A DNA stretch of 64,000 nucleotides, taken from assembly GCF_006345805.1 (NCBI RefSeq), contig NW_021833065.1, positions 310,001-374,000 on the forward strand. Direction: 5' to 3'. Shown here piece after piece: positions 61,561 to 64,000 of this stretch. A program made the translations under genes and the position numbers. How positions within the stretch are numbered: position 1 is the stretch's first letter; each line of letters begins with the position of its first letter. Under the pieces are notes generated by a model, which saw nothing but the letters and a program-made list of their open reading frames with translations, was not told the origin of the DNA and ran no database searches. The DNA comes from Octopus sinensis. Taxonomy: Eukaryota.

Positions 61561-64000
61561 AGTTGACATCTAAACATATATCACTAGAAGTGAATCTCAA
61601 AGACTCGGATTCCTCTTCCAGGGCTATGGAAGTTGAAGATCCACATCATAGGACTTCTCATGTATGTTGGTCAGTGTTGATACTATGTACAGAGATATCC
61701 TAGACTGCATCCAAAAGTAAGCTCTCTTGATTGCTTGGCAAAGAATCAACAATCACTGGTTCATATATGTGCTGCTTCTTGGTCTCCTTTATCATTACTA
61801 CAACCATCATTGCTCCTCTGAATGAACTAGTTGCAAACCCTTTCCATTTAATACACCTGTTTCTTCTTTTTATATACATGGTGTGTCTCATTAACCAAAC
61901 CTTATCTTCTTCGCTTTTCATGCAGATACCAGTGTAGGAAGGCCTTTAAAAGTCATGAGCACTGAAATAGGAATGTAGATAGCTTTCTTCTAAATGTAGT
62001 TAAGGGTGTTGGTGATTTTATGCTGTGCTATTTCCTCTGGTGAATCACAGTTGTTGGTATTGTATATTTGATTCTTGAGAGAAAATCTAAGTGCCTACAT
62101 GCATTTTGGCCTTACAATATAATGTATCTTTGTAATGAATATACATAGTTAAAGCTGTTACTATTAGCTGTGGATTTAGTGTTGGACTAAAAATATAGGG
62201 TTGGAGGTTTGCGTCAGCTACATCATTAGAAATTAAATTAGCAGTGACTGATAAATCAGTGGCAACATTTGATTTAATGTTGTAGATAGTGAAATATCTC
62301 ATTCACTTAGTGTATAGCTCAGAAGAAAGCTTTAGCTCTTTATAACTTGGTCTGAGTCTATGAAAAGAGTTTGGTTTGATTTTCATGTCATTGTTTGACA
62401 GAAGCTACATACTGAGTTTTGCTATAGATTTCTAAAGCTAGTGGCAATTTGGAGAAAATTTATTTTTCTATTTTTTCCATTTGAACTATTGATGCTGCTG
62501 AAGGAAAATATTTGTAAATTATGGTTGATGAAGAATGTTTCCTTCATGTTGTAGATGTTAGGAGTGAAGAAATGGCAGTACTTAGGAGCGTCAGAAGAGT
62601 CCCTTTTTATGACAAGTCATACAGTTGTATTGTAATTTTAAGATTTTAGATAGATGTTATGTACTAAGGAAAGTTTTTTAACAAATTAGGTAACTGAAAC
62701 TTGTGCACTACCAAGATATCCTTTTCTAAGAGGTGAGGTGCAATTTGAGCAAAATTTGGTTGCTATTTCCAGTAGATTGAAGACCATTTGCAGTGCAGGT
62801 TCCCCTCATTGGTCTATAAATTTCTTAGTATTCCTTACAAATGTATACTGGAAAGATTTCCTGGCTTTCTTCCAAATATAAATAAACTTTAAATTTTGTA
62901 ACGAAGGGAAAACATAAGTTAATCTTTTCTTCTAGAGGCACTAGCCAAAGTAATTATGTGAAATAGTACAAGCAATTATTGAAAGTAGGTCATACAAATG
63001 ACTTACTGGGAACTCACATTCTATCTTCATCAACAACCCACTTTTAAAAATAGAACATATACATGGAAACTGCTCTTACTCTGTCTCATGTTTTCTTTAA
63101 ATTGATGTTTATTTGAGAATACTGGTCGACTGAGAATTCTGGAAGGCTGCCAGAAAACAAGGAGTGTTCATTCAAACAGTTCACTCGAGAATTGAGTCTA
63201 GGGAGTGTATCTGTTTCGGGGCTGTCAAATCAATTAAATAAAAAAAGAAGTAGCCCCATATTTTCAAAAGGAAGACCATGTTGGAAACTAACCCCAAACA
63301 AACAATTTGAAAGTAAATTTTTTAAAATTATTTCCCACATGCCCCACCATATATGAAAACTCTTTTACTTTTTTAGAAAGTTCTTTTGGATTTCCATATA
63401 TTAAACAGTGGAAATTACAAATTTTTAAAAAATTCACAAATTCGATTTTTCAAACCCATCTTCCCTCCCACATTTTCTGTTCCTCTATCCCTTTTCTTTC
63501 CCATATATTTGCCTTGTACTTTCCAAATGGGGAAGCCATGTATTTACTTTTTCAGCAAAACACTTTCTTCTGTTCCTCTATTATACTTTTATATCCTTCA
63601 ATACTGTACCCTACAGTTGAGGGGATCTTGCTTTGAAAGTACTTGATGACCTCACTAGTTTTGGGGCAATAAGAAAAGCACCCAGTACTCTGTGAAGAGG
63701 TTGGCATTAGAAAGAAACTATCCCAAAGCAGATACTGAGCTTAGAGCAGCCCCCAGGCTCATCAGTTCATATCAAACCATTCAACCCATACCAGCACAAA
63801 AAAAAAAATGTTAAATGACAATGATGTTGATGATGATAGCCTGCTAGTCAATTCTAATTTTCTTTGTTGATAATTAAACATGATATTCAATAGGATTTTT
63901 ACCTTTAAAATTTAAAACTTCAAGACATCAAGAATTCAATTCTTCTCTTCCCTAATTTCTTCTTCATTTAGATGTAGATGCTTGAAGCATGTAGCTTTAC

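Overview
AT-rich, intron-containing animal genomic DNA. It is very likely from an octopus (cephalopod); this is inferred from the SINE, RTE-LINE and microsatellite repertoire, not from a search. Two + strand protein-coding genes can be reconstructed with canonical GT-AG junctions and consistent phases. (1) The 3' part of a septin-7/peanut gene: five exons at 591-5998, a ~14.8 kb last intron, a terminal exon at 20792 encoding ...TKKDKKKSIF*, and a ~2.9 kb 3' UTR. (2) A complete 8-exon mitochondrial cytochrome c1 gene (35934-55464, 909 nt, 302 aa, with CAACH heme motif). The rest is a transposon landscape of tRNA-derived SINEs, RTE and CR1-group LINE fragments, mariner and maT-like Tc1/mariner relics, hAT, piggyBac-like and fold-back MITEs, and mini- and microsatellites. 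Almost all ORFs in the supplied track are repeat artefacts or TE fragments. I found no prokaryotic-type system or CRISPR array. The most interesting leads are: a candidate regulated cassette exon giving SEPT7 an alternative aromatic/basic C-terminus; a perfect nuclear-receptor DR2 upstream of CYC1; a 46-bp hairpin minisatellite in CYC1 intron 1; a PHD-finger-like insert and a hairpin VNTR in the local RTE family; and hammerhead-core-like relics.
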